A DNA stretch of 53,417 bases from Octopus bimaculoides (taxonomy: Eukaryota). A program made the position numbers and the translations under genes. The notes beneath the pieces are model-generated. The model saw only the letters and a program-made list of their open reading frames with translations, searched no databases and was not told where the DNA came from. Shown here piece after piece: positions 12,151 through 22,970 of the stretch. Where the stretch lies: NCBI RefSeq assembly GCF_001194135.2, contig NC_068993.1, forward strand, positions 6,447,831 to 6,501,247, read 5' to 3'. The first letter of the stretch is position 1; each line of letters starts with the position of its first letter.

Positions 12151-14276
12151 CATGCATACATACATTGTTGTATTTGGGGATGGTCATGTTGCCAGTTTAG
12201 CCAATAAAAACACACGCACTATATATTTGGTGTCAATTTGCTTCAGCTTTATTTTATATTAATAGTATTAATAGTATTTCAGCCAGAGTTCTTTCGTCAC
12301 ACTTCTGTGACCTCATCAATAGTCCTTTGCTTTCTTCTTTCTTATCTGGCCGAAATGCGATTAATATAAAATAAAGCTGAAGCAAATTAACACTAAATAT
12401 ATAGTGCATGTGTTTTTATTTGGTCTCCACTCCAGCTGCTTTATTATTATGGCTATTTTAGCGACCTCTTCAGCGATTCTCTATTCCACGTGTCTCCTCT
12501 TCTCCTGATTATTCCATTTGTCCGTCTGTTTCAACACTCGATTTCATATCAAGAATTTTACAAAAAAAAAATACATAAGCGTGTATATAAATAATACCAC
12601 ACTAAGCTCTCGGACCTTGAGTCACTCTGTTACTTCTGCTGAATATTAATAAAAGTATATATAACAGGGGTGGGGGCGACGAAAAGTCAACTAGATGTAC
12701 ACAGCGAATAGACTGAGGCTGAGTGAAATTTTATTACGAATAAATAGGAGTCGAAATGACTTTTCAAGCATCGTTTTACTTATGTGTGTGTGGCTTTGTG
12801 TTTGACACACCCACCACATGACAGACGGTGCTGCTTATGTCCTCGTAACTAGTGGTCCGGCAAAAGTGGTTGATAAAATAAGTACCATACTGAGGTAGAT
12901 TTATTCGACTAAAACCCTGCCATGCAGTGTTCCAGCACAGCCACAGTCCAATGTCCGAAACAAGAAGGGAAAATAAAAACGCTAAGTTATAACGGTCAAC
13001 CTCCAGTTTCGTCCTTATGGCGGTGGGTGGGCGATAAAAATATGTACCAATCATATATACTTACATAATCGATTAGAAGGAAAAAATTATCAAAAATATC
13101 AGAAAATTTGAAACTAGTATTCAGTTATTGTGTTGTTTAAGTTATTACTGAACATTTTGTGGTGGCTTTGTTCGTTTTGAGATATTTTAAAGACAAAAGT
13201 AAATCAACAAAAAAATGGCACACACACACATATGCAGGCTCTGTGGTAAAAAGTTTGCTTCCCAACTACATGGATAACTAAATTAAAACAGGTATATAAT
13301 CCATTTTTTGTATTAGAGTTATTGTAGTACCATTCAAAACTTTTTATTCTTTACAAACAATATACAATGCTTCAAGCGAACTACAATACTCTCCTGTTAA
13401 TATTCAGTTATTGTTTAAGGCGGCGAGCTGGCAGAACTTAGCGACATTTCGTACGTCGTTACGTTCCGAGTTCAAATTCCGCCGGAGATCCATAAAAATA
13501 AGCACCAGTTGAGATACTTAATTGTATCCTGCTGGCCTTGTAACAAAATTTGAAACCAGTATTCAGTTATTGCGTTGTTTTAAGTTATTACTGAACATTT
13601 TCTGGTGGGTTTGTTCGTTTTGGGATATTTTAAAGGCAAAAGTAAATCAATACAAAAACGGCACACACACACACACACACACATATATACAGGCTCTCTG
13701 GTAAATAGTTTGCTTCCCAACCACATACGTCAAGGCCTAGGCCCACTCGTCTAACGTGCCGCGCAATGGGTCGGAAACTTAAACCACGTGGTGTAAAACA
13801 ACCTTCTAAATAGACGGCAATGCCTAGGCCCTGAATATGTATTTCCATCAGCTTTGCACTTTATATATATACACATATATATATATACATATGTATATAT
13901 ATATATATATCCTATTTTTAATGCTGTTGTAGAACTTAAACATTCTGGGTTTGTCGTTCGTAGAAATTCAAATATCAATTCATATCTCATAAATAAACAC
14001 ATGGCATCGCATTACTCATAACACTAGATGTATGTCTACACTCTACGACCCCACAACTTTGTTTCTTTCTGATATTTTTGATAATTTATTCCTTCCTTCG
14101 TGAATTTCTCAAAGTACATGTTTTCAAAAGTATAGATTTGAGTATTTCGATAAAAATGTATGCCTTCTATTTTAGTAATAATACTTTCATAAGCTGTACA
14201 AGTTTTTTGTTATCAATTCGTGCTGATATTATCAATCAGGATGTCATTAGATTGACTTGTATGTTGCACAATGATC
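1976..14276 (+). CDS. Putative plus-strand mini-exon chain of an unidentified gene: 1976-2011, 4770-4829, 7403-7459, 8572-8610, 9961-10107, 14115-14276
   Basis: AG/GT-bounded segments, each a multiple of 3 nt and open in phase 1. Strong donors at 2012 (GTACGT), 4830 (GTAAGA), 8611 (GTAAGT) and 14277 (GTAAGC). No start exon or homology identified. Confidence 0.35.
2175..2405 (+). repeat. Polypurine (GAG/GAA) low-complexity tract
   Basis: Direct reading. Confidence 0.9.
3003..3620. other. Assembly gap. Other large N runs: 7812-8529, 9308-9717, 11847-12039, 16372-16786, 36337-36690, 52078-52444
   Basis: N runs; they may hide exons. Confidence 1.
5584..5850 (+). mobile_element. RTE/BovB-like LINE ORF2 C-terminal fragment
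   Basis: LVEGQLWQSGEKMGCFKDTLKASLKSFEIKCHSWEMQEQDCPAW resembles the RTE C-terminus pattern G.R..GGQKKRFKDTLKASLK...W...AQDR..W; frameshifted. Confidence 0.75.
6358..6584. mobile_element. piggyBac-like MITE with TTAA ends. Other copies: about 20240-20472, 23731-23957, 24530-24739, 4890-5120
   Basis: TTAACC(C/A/T)TTTAGCAT...ATGCTAAAGGGTTAA termini around a shared roughly 225-bp body. Confidence 0.75.
11690..11846 (+). mobile_element. tRNA-derived SINE family A. Other copies: about 20054-20216(-), 33431-33600(-), 7170-7320(-), 36935-37100(-), 39300-39440(-), 41638-41780(+), 53026-53140(-)
   Basis: A-box-like GCTGTGTGGTAAG and B-box-like GGTTCAGTCCC, then CACCTTGGGCAAGTGTC body and CCCGTCGTATATA tail; many dispersed copies. 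Confidence 0.85.
12201..12423. mobile_element. MITE with roughly 62-bp inverted arms
   Basis: 12201-12263 mirrors 12360-12423. Confidence 0.75.
13103..13726 (+). repeat. Diverged local duplication of about 170 bp (13103-13271 and 13545-13726)
   Basis: AAAATTTGAAAC.AGTATTCAGTTATTG...TTTGCTTCCCAAC.ACAT present twice with scattered substitutions. Confidence 0.85.
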
Positions 14277-15154
14277 GTAAGCAAAATTATTGTACATTTC
14301 AAATGGTATTGGTTTCTTTTCTTTCTGAGTAAAAGTTTTTTTTTTTAATTAACTAGTTAAAAATTTCATCAACATTATTATAATTTAAATCAGTGAAAAT
14401 ATATCTCTGCAAAATCTCTTTAAAAAATATAAATTATTCAGGAAGTTATGAGAAAACAAAAATTATAAGAGAGTGGGGCACTAAACTGTAGATATGCCGA
14501 ATATAACTATTACAACCCTGGTTGCTTGAACTGCTAGAAAGAGCAGCCAAATCTATTTTAAATCACATTAACACCTTAAAATACGTTAAATAATGCCAAT
14601 ATATATTTTTTTTAAATAATAATAATAATCCTTTCTACAAGAACAATAATAACGAGATGGTCGCAGCTGGTACAACGCATCAGAGGTGACCTGATATACA
14701 TACCATAAACAAACGTAAACAAAGAGAAACAGACATGACACTCTACGTGGTCATGAAAACTGCAAGAAGCAACAGCCAAATCTACCGCAAATCACTGTTC
14801 GTCCAGACTGATCTGTCGAGGGATTCTTCCTCTGCCGTTACGTTCTGAGTTCAAATTCCGCCGAGGTCGACTTTGCCTTTCATCCTTTCGGGGGTCGATT
14901 AAATAAGTACCAGTTACAAACTGGAGTCAATATAATCGACTTAAACCCTTTGTCTGTTCTTGTTTGTCCCCTCTATGTTTAGCCCCCCTGTGAGCAATAA
15001 AGAAATAAATATAACTAAAATTCACACGTGGTCGCTCGACCTGGTAGAAATAGCAGTTAAAGCTCTCTTTAAAGTCATACACAGACGTGTAACGAAACTG
15101 TAGTCCTATAATAATATATAATTGTACACTATGTCCAGAGAGAGAAAGCAGTAC

Positions 15155-15920
15155 GGGATGGTCACAGTTGGGACGCTTTTGATCATAAGGGTTCGCTGAA
15201 TCAAAGCTAGCCTGAAATAAAAACAACCACCAAATAAGACGGAAAACAATAATTAGATAAAACGTGTTGTGGCGGGCAGAGGCTGGAAGGAAAAGAAAGT
15301 CACAGCTAGAACGCCTTTTGAATTTAGGGGTCCACTGGATCGAAATTGCCTGGGGTTAAAACACAACCATAAGTGGAACTAAATAAATAGAAGACAAAAA
15401 AACGTAGGCTGGAGTCAAAAGGGATGGTCACAGCTAAGAACCATTATGATTCTAGAGGTCTAATAGATCAAAGCTGTCCTGGGGTTAAAACAATAAGTGC
15501 TATTAAAGACCATAATGATAATTGGGGTGGACTCGATATAGTAGGGGATGGTCACAGCTAGAGCGCTTTTGATTGTATGGGTCCGTTGGATCAAAGATAG
15601 CTTACAGTTAAAAAAGACAACCCACAAGTGCGACTGGAAACAATAAAAATACTCAGAAGAAAGAAAAAAAAGTTTGAAGTGAGGGATGGTCACAGCCAGA
15701 ACGCTTTTGATTATTGTAAGGGCCCGTTGGATCAAAGATGGCCTACGGTTAAAAACACAAATGCGACCAGAAAGGATAATGATAAACAGAAAAAATCGAA
15801 CGTTTAGAGGAGGGCTAGATTCAAAGTAAACAGGACTGGATGGTCACAGCTAGAACGCTTTTAATAATAGGGATCCGATTCCGATGGGTCAAAGCTACCT
15901 GGGGTTAAAACAACCACAAA
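15155..15920 (+). repeat. Degenerate tandem array, 6 units of about 125-155 bp
   Basis: Core GGATGGTCACAGCTAGAACGCTTTTGA...GGATCAAAG...CCTGGGGTTAAAACAACC at about 15155, 15298, 15421, 15545, 15683 and 15838. Confidence 0.85.
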
Positions 15921-16786
15921 TACTACTATAATTAATAATAATTAGAAGAAAAACAAATATTTTCTGGGTTGGGCTGATCTCAAATGTATGTCATATCGTA
16001 TCAACATAATTTAGGGTACAGCGAGAACTTCATGAAATTAAGTAAAAAGAAATAAGTTAATAAAGTGATTAATGAACTGACATGGTCTGCAATTCTTCTT
16101 TCTTGTTGGATGCATACTGGATCGTTGTTGGTGCTGGTGTGGATGTTGTCCTTCTTGGTCCGGGGTCCAAAGTAGAAGCAACTAAGCCTTGTTGTGTTGA
16201 TGTTGTTGACATGTACCTCACTCACTCACTCGCCCTTTCTCTCTTTCTCTCTCTTCTGACTGAACGAGTAATGTGGTCTCGTAAATTTCTTTATGTGTTA
16301 TGAAGTGTGTATGTTTTGTGTGTGTGTGGGCATTGTTTGTGTGAGTGAGCATTTGGTTTCGTGTAGCGAGGNNNNNNNNNNNNNNNNNNNNNNNNNNNNN
16401 NNNNNNNNNNNNNNNNNNNNNNNNNNNNNNNNNNNNNNNNNNNNNNNNNNNNNNNNNNNNNNNNNNNNNNNNNNNNNNNNNNNNNNNNNNNNNNNNNNNN
16501 NNNNNNNNNNNNNNNNNNNNNNNNNNNNNNNNNNNNNNNNNNNNNNNNNNNNNNNNNNNNNNNNNNNNNNNNNNNNNNNNNNNNNNNNNNNNNNNNNNNN
16601 NNNNNNNNNNNNNNNNNNNNNNNNNNNNNNNNNNNNNNNNNNNNNNNNNNNNNNNNNNNNNNNNNNNNNNNNNNNNNNNNNNNNNNNNNNNNNNNNNNNN
16701 NNNNNNNNNNNNNNNNNNNNNNNNNNNNNNNNNNNNNNNNNNNNNNNNNNNNNNNNNNNNNNNNNNNNNNNNNNNNNNNNNNNNNN

Positions 16787-16850
<64 letters not shown>

Positions 16851-16866
16851 AAACTAGCATGTATGT

Positions 16867-17400
16867 CGTCATCATCATCGTCGTTTATCGTCCGCTTTCC
16901 ATGCTAGCATGGGTTGGACGATTTCACTGAGGACTGGTGAAACCTGAAGGCTGCACCAGGCTCCAATCTGATTTGGCAGAGTTTCTACACCAGGATGCTC
17001 TTCCTAACGCCAACCACTCCGAGTGTGTAATGGGTGCTTTTACGTGCCACCGGCACGAGGGCCAGTCACACGGTACTGGCAACGGCCACGCTGAAAAAGG
17101 TGTTTTTTACGTGCCACTTGCACGGTAGCCAGTCCAGCGGCACAGGCAACGACTTCGCTCGAATGATTTTCTAAACGTGCCACCAGCACAAGTGCTAGGA
17201 GGCAACGCTGGTAACGATTGCGCTCTAATGGTGCTATTTACGGGCCACTAGCACGGAAGCCAGACAGCTGCTCTGGCAATGAACATGCTCAACAGTGCTG
17301 TTAGTGCTCCAATGGCGTGATNNNNNNNNNNGCTGCTCTGGCAATGAACATGCTCAACAGTGCTGTTAGTGCTCCAATGGCGTGATAACCAGTCATCGAG
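16867..17400 (-). mobile_element. RTE LINE 3' UTR copy. Other copies: 3709-3930(-), 5220-5500(+), 9118-9307(-), 18790-19030(+), 19560-19911(+), 21138-21594(-), 36691-36920(+), 48815-48907(-), 53336-53417(-); coordinates approximate
   Basis: Near-identical block CATCATCGTTTAACGTCCGCTTTCCATGCTAGCATGGGTTGGACG...CAGCTGGATGCCCTTCCTAACGCCAACC recurs on both strands. Confidence 0.85.
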
Positions 17401-18083
17401 TATGGTTCAATTACGATTTCACTTGCCCCAACGGGGCATTTCGTCTGTCTTTACACTCTGAGTTCAAATTACGCTGGGGTCGACTTTGCCTTTCATCCTT
17501 TCGGGGTTGATAAATTAAGTACCAGTTGTGTACTGGGGTCGATCTAATCAACTGACCCAGTCCCCAAAAATTTCGAGCCTTGCAATCTATGATGGCGATG
17601 ATGGTAAAAAGAAACCAGAATGAAAAAACAAAACTATGGTTTCTGTATCTGTGAGTGACTGTTCATGCACATGTCCATGCGTCTGTGTGTGTGACTTTCC
17701 AAAAAAGAGCACAAACAGAGAAGGGTGAGAAAGGAAACAGATTATAAAACTGTATTTTAACAGTCACTGGACCAGTTTTCATTAAAACAAGCTAATGTCA
17801 AGGTGGAGGATTGTACTAATGTTGCTGTTTGCAGGATATCTAACATGAGGGATAAGCAGCTAAGTCAAATATGGAATGTACTGCAGTGGGGCTAGCAGAA
17901 AGAAAGAAAGAAAGGAAGGAAGGAAGGAAGAAAGAAAGAAATACTGGTATTCTTATTTAAATGTCTAAAGAGACATCATAATGTGTATGTATGTATGTAT
18001 GTATGTATGTACCACTGTGATTATTTGTTATGCACATGTACACACTACGTGTGTATTTGTATGTGAAAGTAATTAGCCTCAAT

Positions 18084-18141
<58 letters not shown>

Positions 18142-18297
18142 TATCACCAAGGTTAATTACTTCAAATAAATACACCCAAACACAGAAGCTGTTATTTATA
18201 GTTTTATGTGATGTGCCTGAAGAGCCAATGTACCAAAAGAGAATTATTTCATATTATTCGACCCGGGGCTGTAGTAGAGAACATATGCCCCAGGTAC

Positions 18298-18717
18298 ATT
18301 ATTTACATTAGACAGATATTTGTCCTCATCTTGTTTGTTGTTAACACAACGTTTCGGCTGATATACCCTCCAGCCTTCATCAGGTGTCTTGGGGAAATTT
18401 CGAACCTGGCTTCTCATTCCTAAGGTATTTTTTGCTGTTATTATTATTATTATTATTATTATTCAGGTTCGATCCCAAGCAGTGACCCAAATAATAATAA
18501 TATTAATAGTAATAATAACAGCAAAAAATACCTTAGGAATGAGAAGCCAGGTTCGAAATTTCCCCCAAGACACCTGATGAAGGCTGGAGAGTATATCAGC
18601 CGAAATGTTGTGTTAACAACAAANNNNNNNNNNGATGAAGGCTGGAGAGTATATCAGCCGAAATGTTGTGTTAACAACAAACCAGATGAGGACAAATATC
18701 CGTCAAATGTAAATAAT
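18298..18717. mobile_element. Foldback/MITE with roughly 165-bp inverted arms
   Basis: ATTATTTACATT.GAC.GATATTTGTCCTCATC...TAAGGTATTTTTTGCTGTTATT mirrored on the right; the right arm contains a gap-associated duplication. Confidence 0.8.
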
Positions 18718-21594
18718 TCTTCATCTCTTAAATATAGAACTGTATTCAAACAATACTTCTCAGATTTTTGTGTGGGTAGTACATAAAATGCACTATTTTG
18801 AGCGTGGCCGTTGCCAGTACCGCCTGACTGGCCTTTGTGCGGGTGACACGTAAAAGCGCCCACTACACTCTCTGAGTGGTTGGCGTTAGGAAGGGCACCC
18901 AGCTGTAGAAACTCTGCCAAATCAGATTGGAGCCTGGTGTTGCCATCCGGTTTCACCAGTCCTCAGTGAAATCGTCCAACCCATGCTAGCATGGAAAGCG
19001 GACGTTAAACGATGATGATGATGATGATGATGAAAAGGAAAAGAGTCGTCATAATAAGGTATTAACGCTTACAAGAATATGGTTTGATCACTCAGCACTG
19101 GCTGACATATTTATGGCTAAGACGGAAACTTCAGAGTAAACATGCAAGTTTTCCTCCTAAATGAATTCTAAACTCTTCCAAGCTCTCCCACACACACACA
19201 TACATACACACACACACACACACTCCTTTAGTATTCTGTCAAATCTAATCCTTATTTATTTACATTGTTTTCAATTAATCATGTATTATTTTATAGCTTT
19301 GAGAGTTTCACGATTTGGTTATTCTTTCTTTTATTCATTTACTTGTATCAGTCATTTGATTGCAGCCATGCTGGAGCACCGCCTTTAGTCAAGCAATTCG
19401 ACGCCAGGACTTATTCTTCGTAAGCCTAGTACTTATTCTATCGGTCTCTTTTGCCAAACCGCTAAGTTACGGGGACGTAAACACACCAGCATCGGTTGTC
19501 AAGCGATGTTGGGGGGACAAACACTGATGCACAAACACAGACACACACAGCACATAAAAAGTACCATTTGAGCGTGATCGTTACCAGCGTCGCCTTACTG
19601 GCACTTGTGCCGGTGGCATGTGAACAAAACATTCGAGCGAGATCGTTGCCAGTGCCACTGGACTGGCTCCTGTGCAGGTGCCACGTAAAAAATACCATTT
19701 GTGCGTGGTCGTTGCCAGTACCGCCTGACTGGCCCTCATGCTGGTGGCACGTAAAAGCACCCACTACACTCTCGGAGTGGTTGGCATTAGGAAGCGTATC
19801 CAGCTGTAGAAACTCTGCCAGATCAGATTGGAGCCTGGTGTAGCCATCTGGTTCGCCAGTCCTCAGTCAAATCGTCCAACTCATGCTAGCATGGAAAGCG
19901 GACGTTAAACAANNNNNNNNNNAGGAAGCGTATCCAGCTGTAGAAACTCTGCCAGATCAGATTGGAGCCTGGTGTAGCCATCTGGTTCGCCAGTCCTCAG
20001 TCAAATCGTCCAACTCATGCTAGCATGGAAAGCGGACGTTAAACAATGATGATATATACGACAGGCTTCTTTCAGTTTCCATCTACCAAATCCACTCACA
20101 AGGCTTTGGTCAGCCCAAGACTATACTAGAAGACATTTGCCCAAGGTGCCAGTGGGACTGAACCTAAAACCACGTGGTTGGTAAGCAAGCTACTTACCAC
20201 ACAGCCACTCCTGCGCCTATGGTTGTTTATTTGACTGGTTTAACCTTTTAGCATTCAAACCGACCATATCCAGTCAAAATATTCAACCTTGTTTTATTTT
20301 CATACCATCTAGATTCTACCTCTCTCACCTACCTTACAACTTTATGCTAAAAATAAAAACAATCACATCATTAAAGTATTGAAGCTAAGAGACAATGCAT
20401 GGTTAATTCAAAACAATGTGAAGAAATAAGCATTAGATTTGACAGAGTAATAATCTAAATGCTAAAGAGTAAAAGACAAGAAAACTCAGCTGAGGGCAGG
20501 GCTACCTCAGTTTTATACAGACTGATCTGCTTTTGCGTTATCTGATAGTCTCTTGTCCCTCTCACCTAATCTGGCAAATTCAATTTAATCAGTTGGTTAC
20601 TTTAGGATTTGAATAAATCAGTGGTTTTTTCCCATATGGTAATTGTTCTCATTTTTACTTCCTTTTCACAAACACAAGCTTTTACAAGAAATGCCAATCA
20701 AAGATTATAAACATTATATATAATGATTGTTAAGCCATGTGCCACTTACACAATTTTAACCTAATGGGATGATGAACAATCAGAAACTCAAACAAATCTT
20801 AGCAACATACCAGCTTATCTGGCATTGAGAACAAGAGATGAAGATAAGACTAACTATCACACTAAAATACAGACGCCCGAACAAGGAATGCATTTGTCAT
20901 CTTTCAGATAATATTATCAAATGTGAAAGATTATAGAAGATGTCGTGCCCACAGAGATACTTGTAAGGTTGTTTCTCATTGGTCAAAGCTTGTCACACAG
21001 ATTTGCAAGCACTATTTGTGTACTGCTGTGCTGTAGAGGGAGGTAACTCAGTACAAGGTTATCGCAGTCATGGCCAGTTATTCTGTATTGGATTAAATTG
21101 AAGCTGATTTTTTCTTATGAAATGTCATGTTTGGACATCATCATCATCATCATCGTTTAACGTCCGCTTTCCATGCTAGGATGGGTTAGACGATTTGACT
21201 GATGACTGGTAAACCGGATGGCTGCACCAGGCTCCAATCTGATTTGGCAGAGTTTCTACAGCTGGATGCCCTTCCTAACGCCAACCACTCTGAGAGTGTA
21301 GAGGATGCTTTTACATGCCACCGGCACAAAGGCCAGTCAGGCAGTACTGGCAACGGCCATGANNNNNNNNNNCACTCTGAGAGTGTAGAGGATGCTTTTA
21401 CATGCCACCGGCACAAAGGCCAGTCAGGCAGTACTGGCAACGGCCATGATCAAAATGGTGTATTTTACGTGCCACCTGCACAGGAGCCAGTCCAGTGGCA
21501 CTGGCAACAATCTTGCTCGAATGATTTTCTAAACGTGCCACCAACACAAGTGCTAGGAGGCAACGCTGGTAACGATCACGCTCTAATGGTGCTA

Positions 21595-22143
21595 ACTTCA
21601 TCCGCGTAAAACAATGTGCGTATGCTGGGACTGGGAAGGGATTATCCATTACAAACTGCTTGAACGGAACCAAACGGTCAACGTGGAACTCTATGTTCAA
21701 CAGATAGAACGACTCAACACAGCAATTCAAGAGAAAATACCTAATCGGCAGCACAGAGTTATTCTGCTGCACATCAACTCCAACTCTCATATCGCCAATA
21801 TGACCAAGGAAGCCATTCAAATGCATGGCTGGGAAGTGCTACACACTCGCCGTACTCTCCTGATTTGGCACCAACGGATTTCCACCTCTTTCGATCTCTT
21901 TCAAATGCTATGCATGGAGTTTCGTTCAATACTGATGCAGAATTGAGAGCTTGGTTGGATCAATTTTTCGAGTTAAAATTGGGTGATTTCTACCAACGAG
22001 GTATTGAAAATCTCGTTGAACGTTGGGAAGAAGTTGTAAACAACAAGGGTGAATACATTATTGATTAATTAGTTATTTTTTATTAAACATTCAAAAAAAA
22101 TTAAATTTTTTAAAATGGCAGGAACTTAATTACCAACCTAATA
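21595..22143 (+). mobile_element. mariner (DD34D) transposase 3' half with right terminal repeat; frameshifted
   Basis: MCVCWDWEGIIHYKLL...HGWEVL/YSPDLAPTDFHLFRSLSN...RWEEVVNNKGEYIID*, followed by a TIR-like end GGAACTTAATTACCAACCTAATA. Confidence 0.92.
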
Positions 22144-22205
22144 CATTGAAGCAGATTGAGTTTGTTTGCTTTATTTTTTCACTGTCAGGGGCCCTTGTCA
22201 CCAGC

Positions 22206-22905
22206 TCCTACTTGTTTCCAAGACCTGGGATGAGGTGGTGAAGCACAACTTTCAAACATTAGCAATGACTAGTGACTGAGACCTTTGGAAATATGCAGTA
22301 CGTGAGAAGACCCGGCAAGCCAAGTGAGACCATAACCCGTGGCCTATGCCAGGGGTGTAGCCAGCCCACTTATGCGTACCTTTCCTTCATTGGACACTAA
22401 ACTCTGCTTCCGAAGACCTGTTGAGGCAAGTGAAATTGAAATCAAAATCAAATTCGATGACTGGCTTCCATGCTAGTGGAGTGCTAAGAGCACCATCCGA
22501 GCGTGATCATTGCCAGAGCAGCTGACTGGCTTCCATGCTGATGGCATGTAAAAAGCACCATTTGAGCATGATCGTTACTTAATGACACTTGTGCCAGTGG
22601 CATGTGAAAAATTATTTGAGCGAGGTCATTGCCAGTGCTGCTGAACTGGCTCCTGTGTAGGTGGCACATAAAAAACACACTTTGAGCGTGGCTGTTGCCG
22701 GTACCGCCTGATTGGCCCTCATGCCGGTGGCACGTAAAAGCACCCACTACACTCTCGAAGTGGTTGACGTTAGGAAGGGCATTCAGCTGTAGAAACTCTG
22801 CCAAATCAGATTGGAGCCTGGTGCAGCCATCTGGTTTGCCAGTCCTCAGTCAAATTGTTTAACCCATGCCAGCATGAAAAGCAGACGTTAAACGATGATG
22901 ATGAT
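22206..22905 (+). mobile_element. 5'-truncated RTE LINE: ORF2 end (KTWDEVVKH...LWKYAVREKTRQAK*), 3' UTR with internal tandem repeats, and (GAT)n tail
   Basis: Translation resembles the RTE C-terminus GRPRKTW.E.V...DR..W; the element ends GACGTTAAACGATGATGATG. Confidence 0.8.
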
Positions 22906-22936
22906 ATACACACACAAATACATACATACATACATC

Positions 22937-22970
<34 letters not shown>

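Noticed and set aside
15155-15920. Array as a CRISPR locus
   Set aside because: Eukaryotic context, long degenerate units, no fixed repeat/spacer geometry and no cas genes.
17266-21448. Exact tandem duplications around 10-N gaps (near 17322, 18624, 19912 and 21363)
   Set aside because: Identical sequence on both sides of a fixed-size gap is typical of unmerged contig overlaps.
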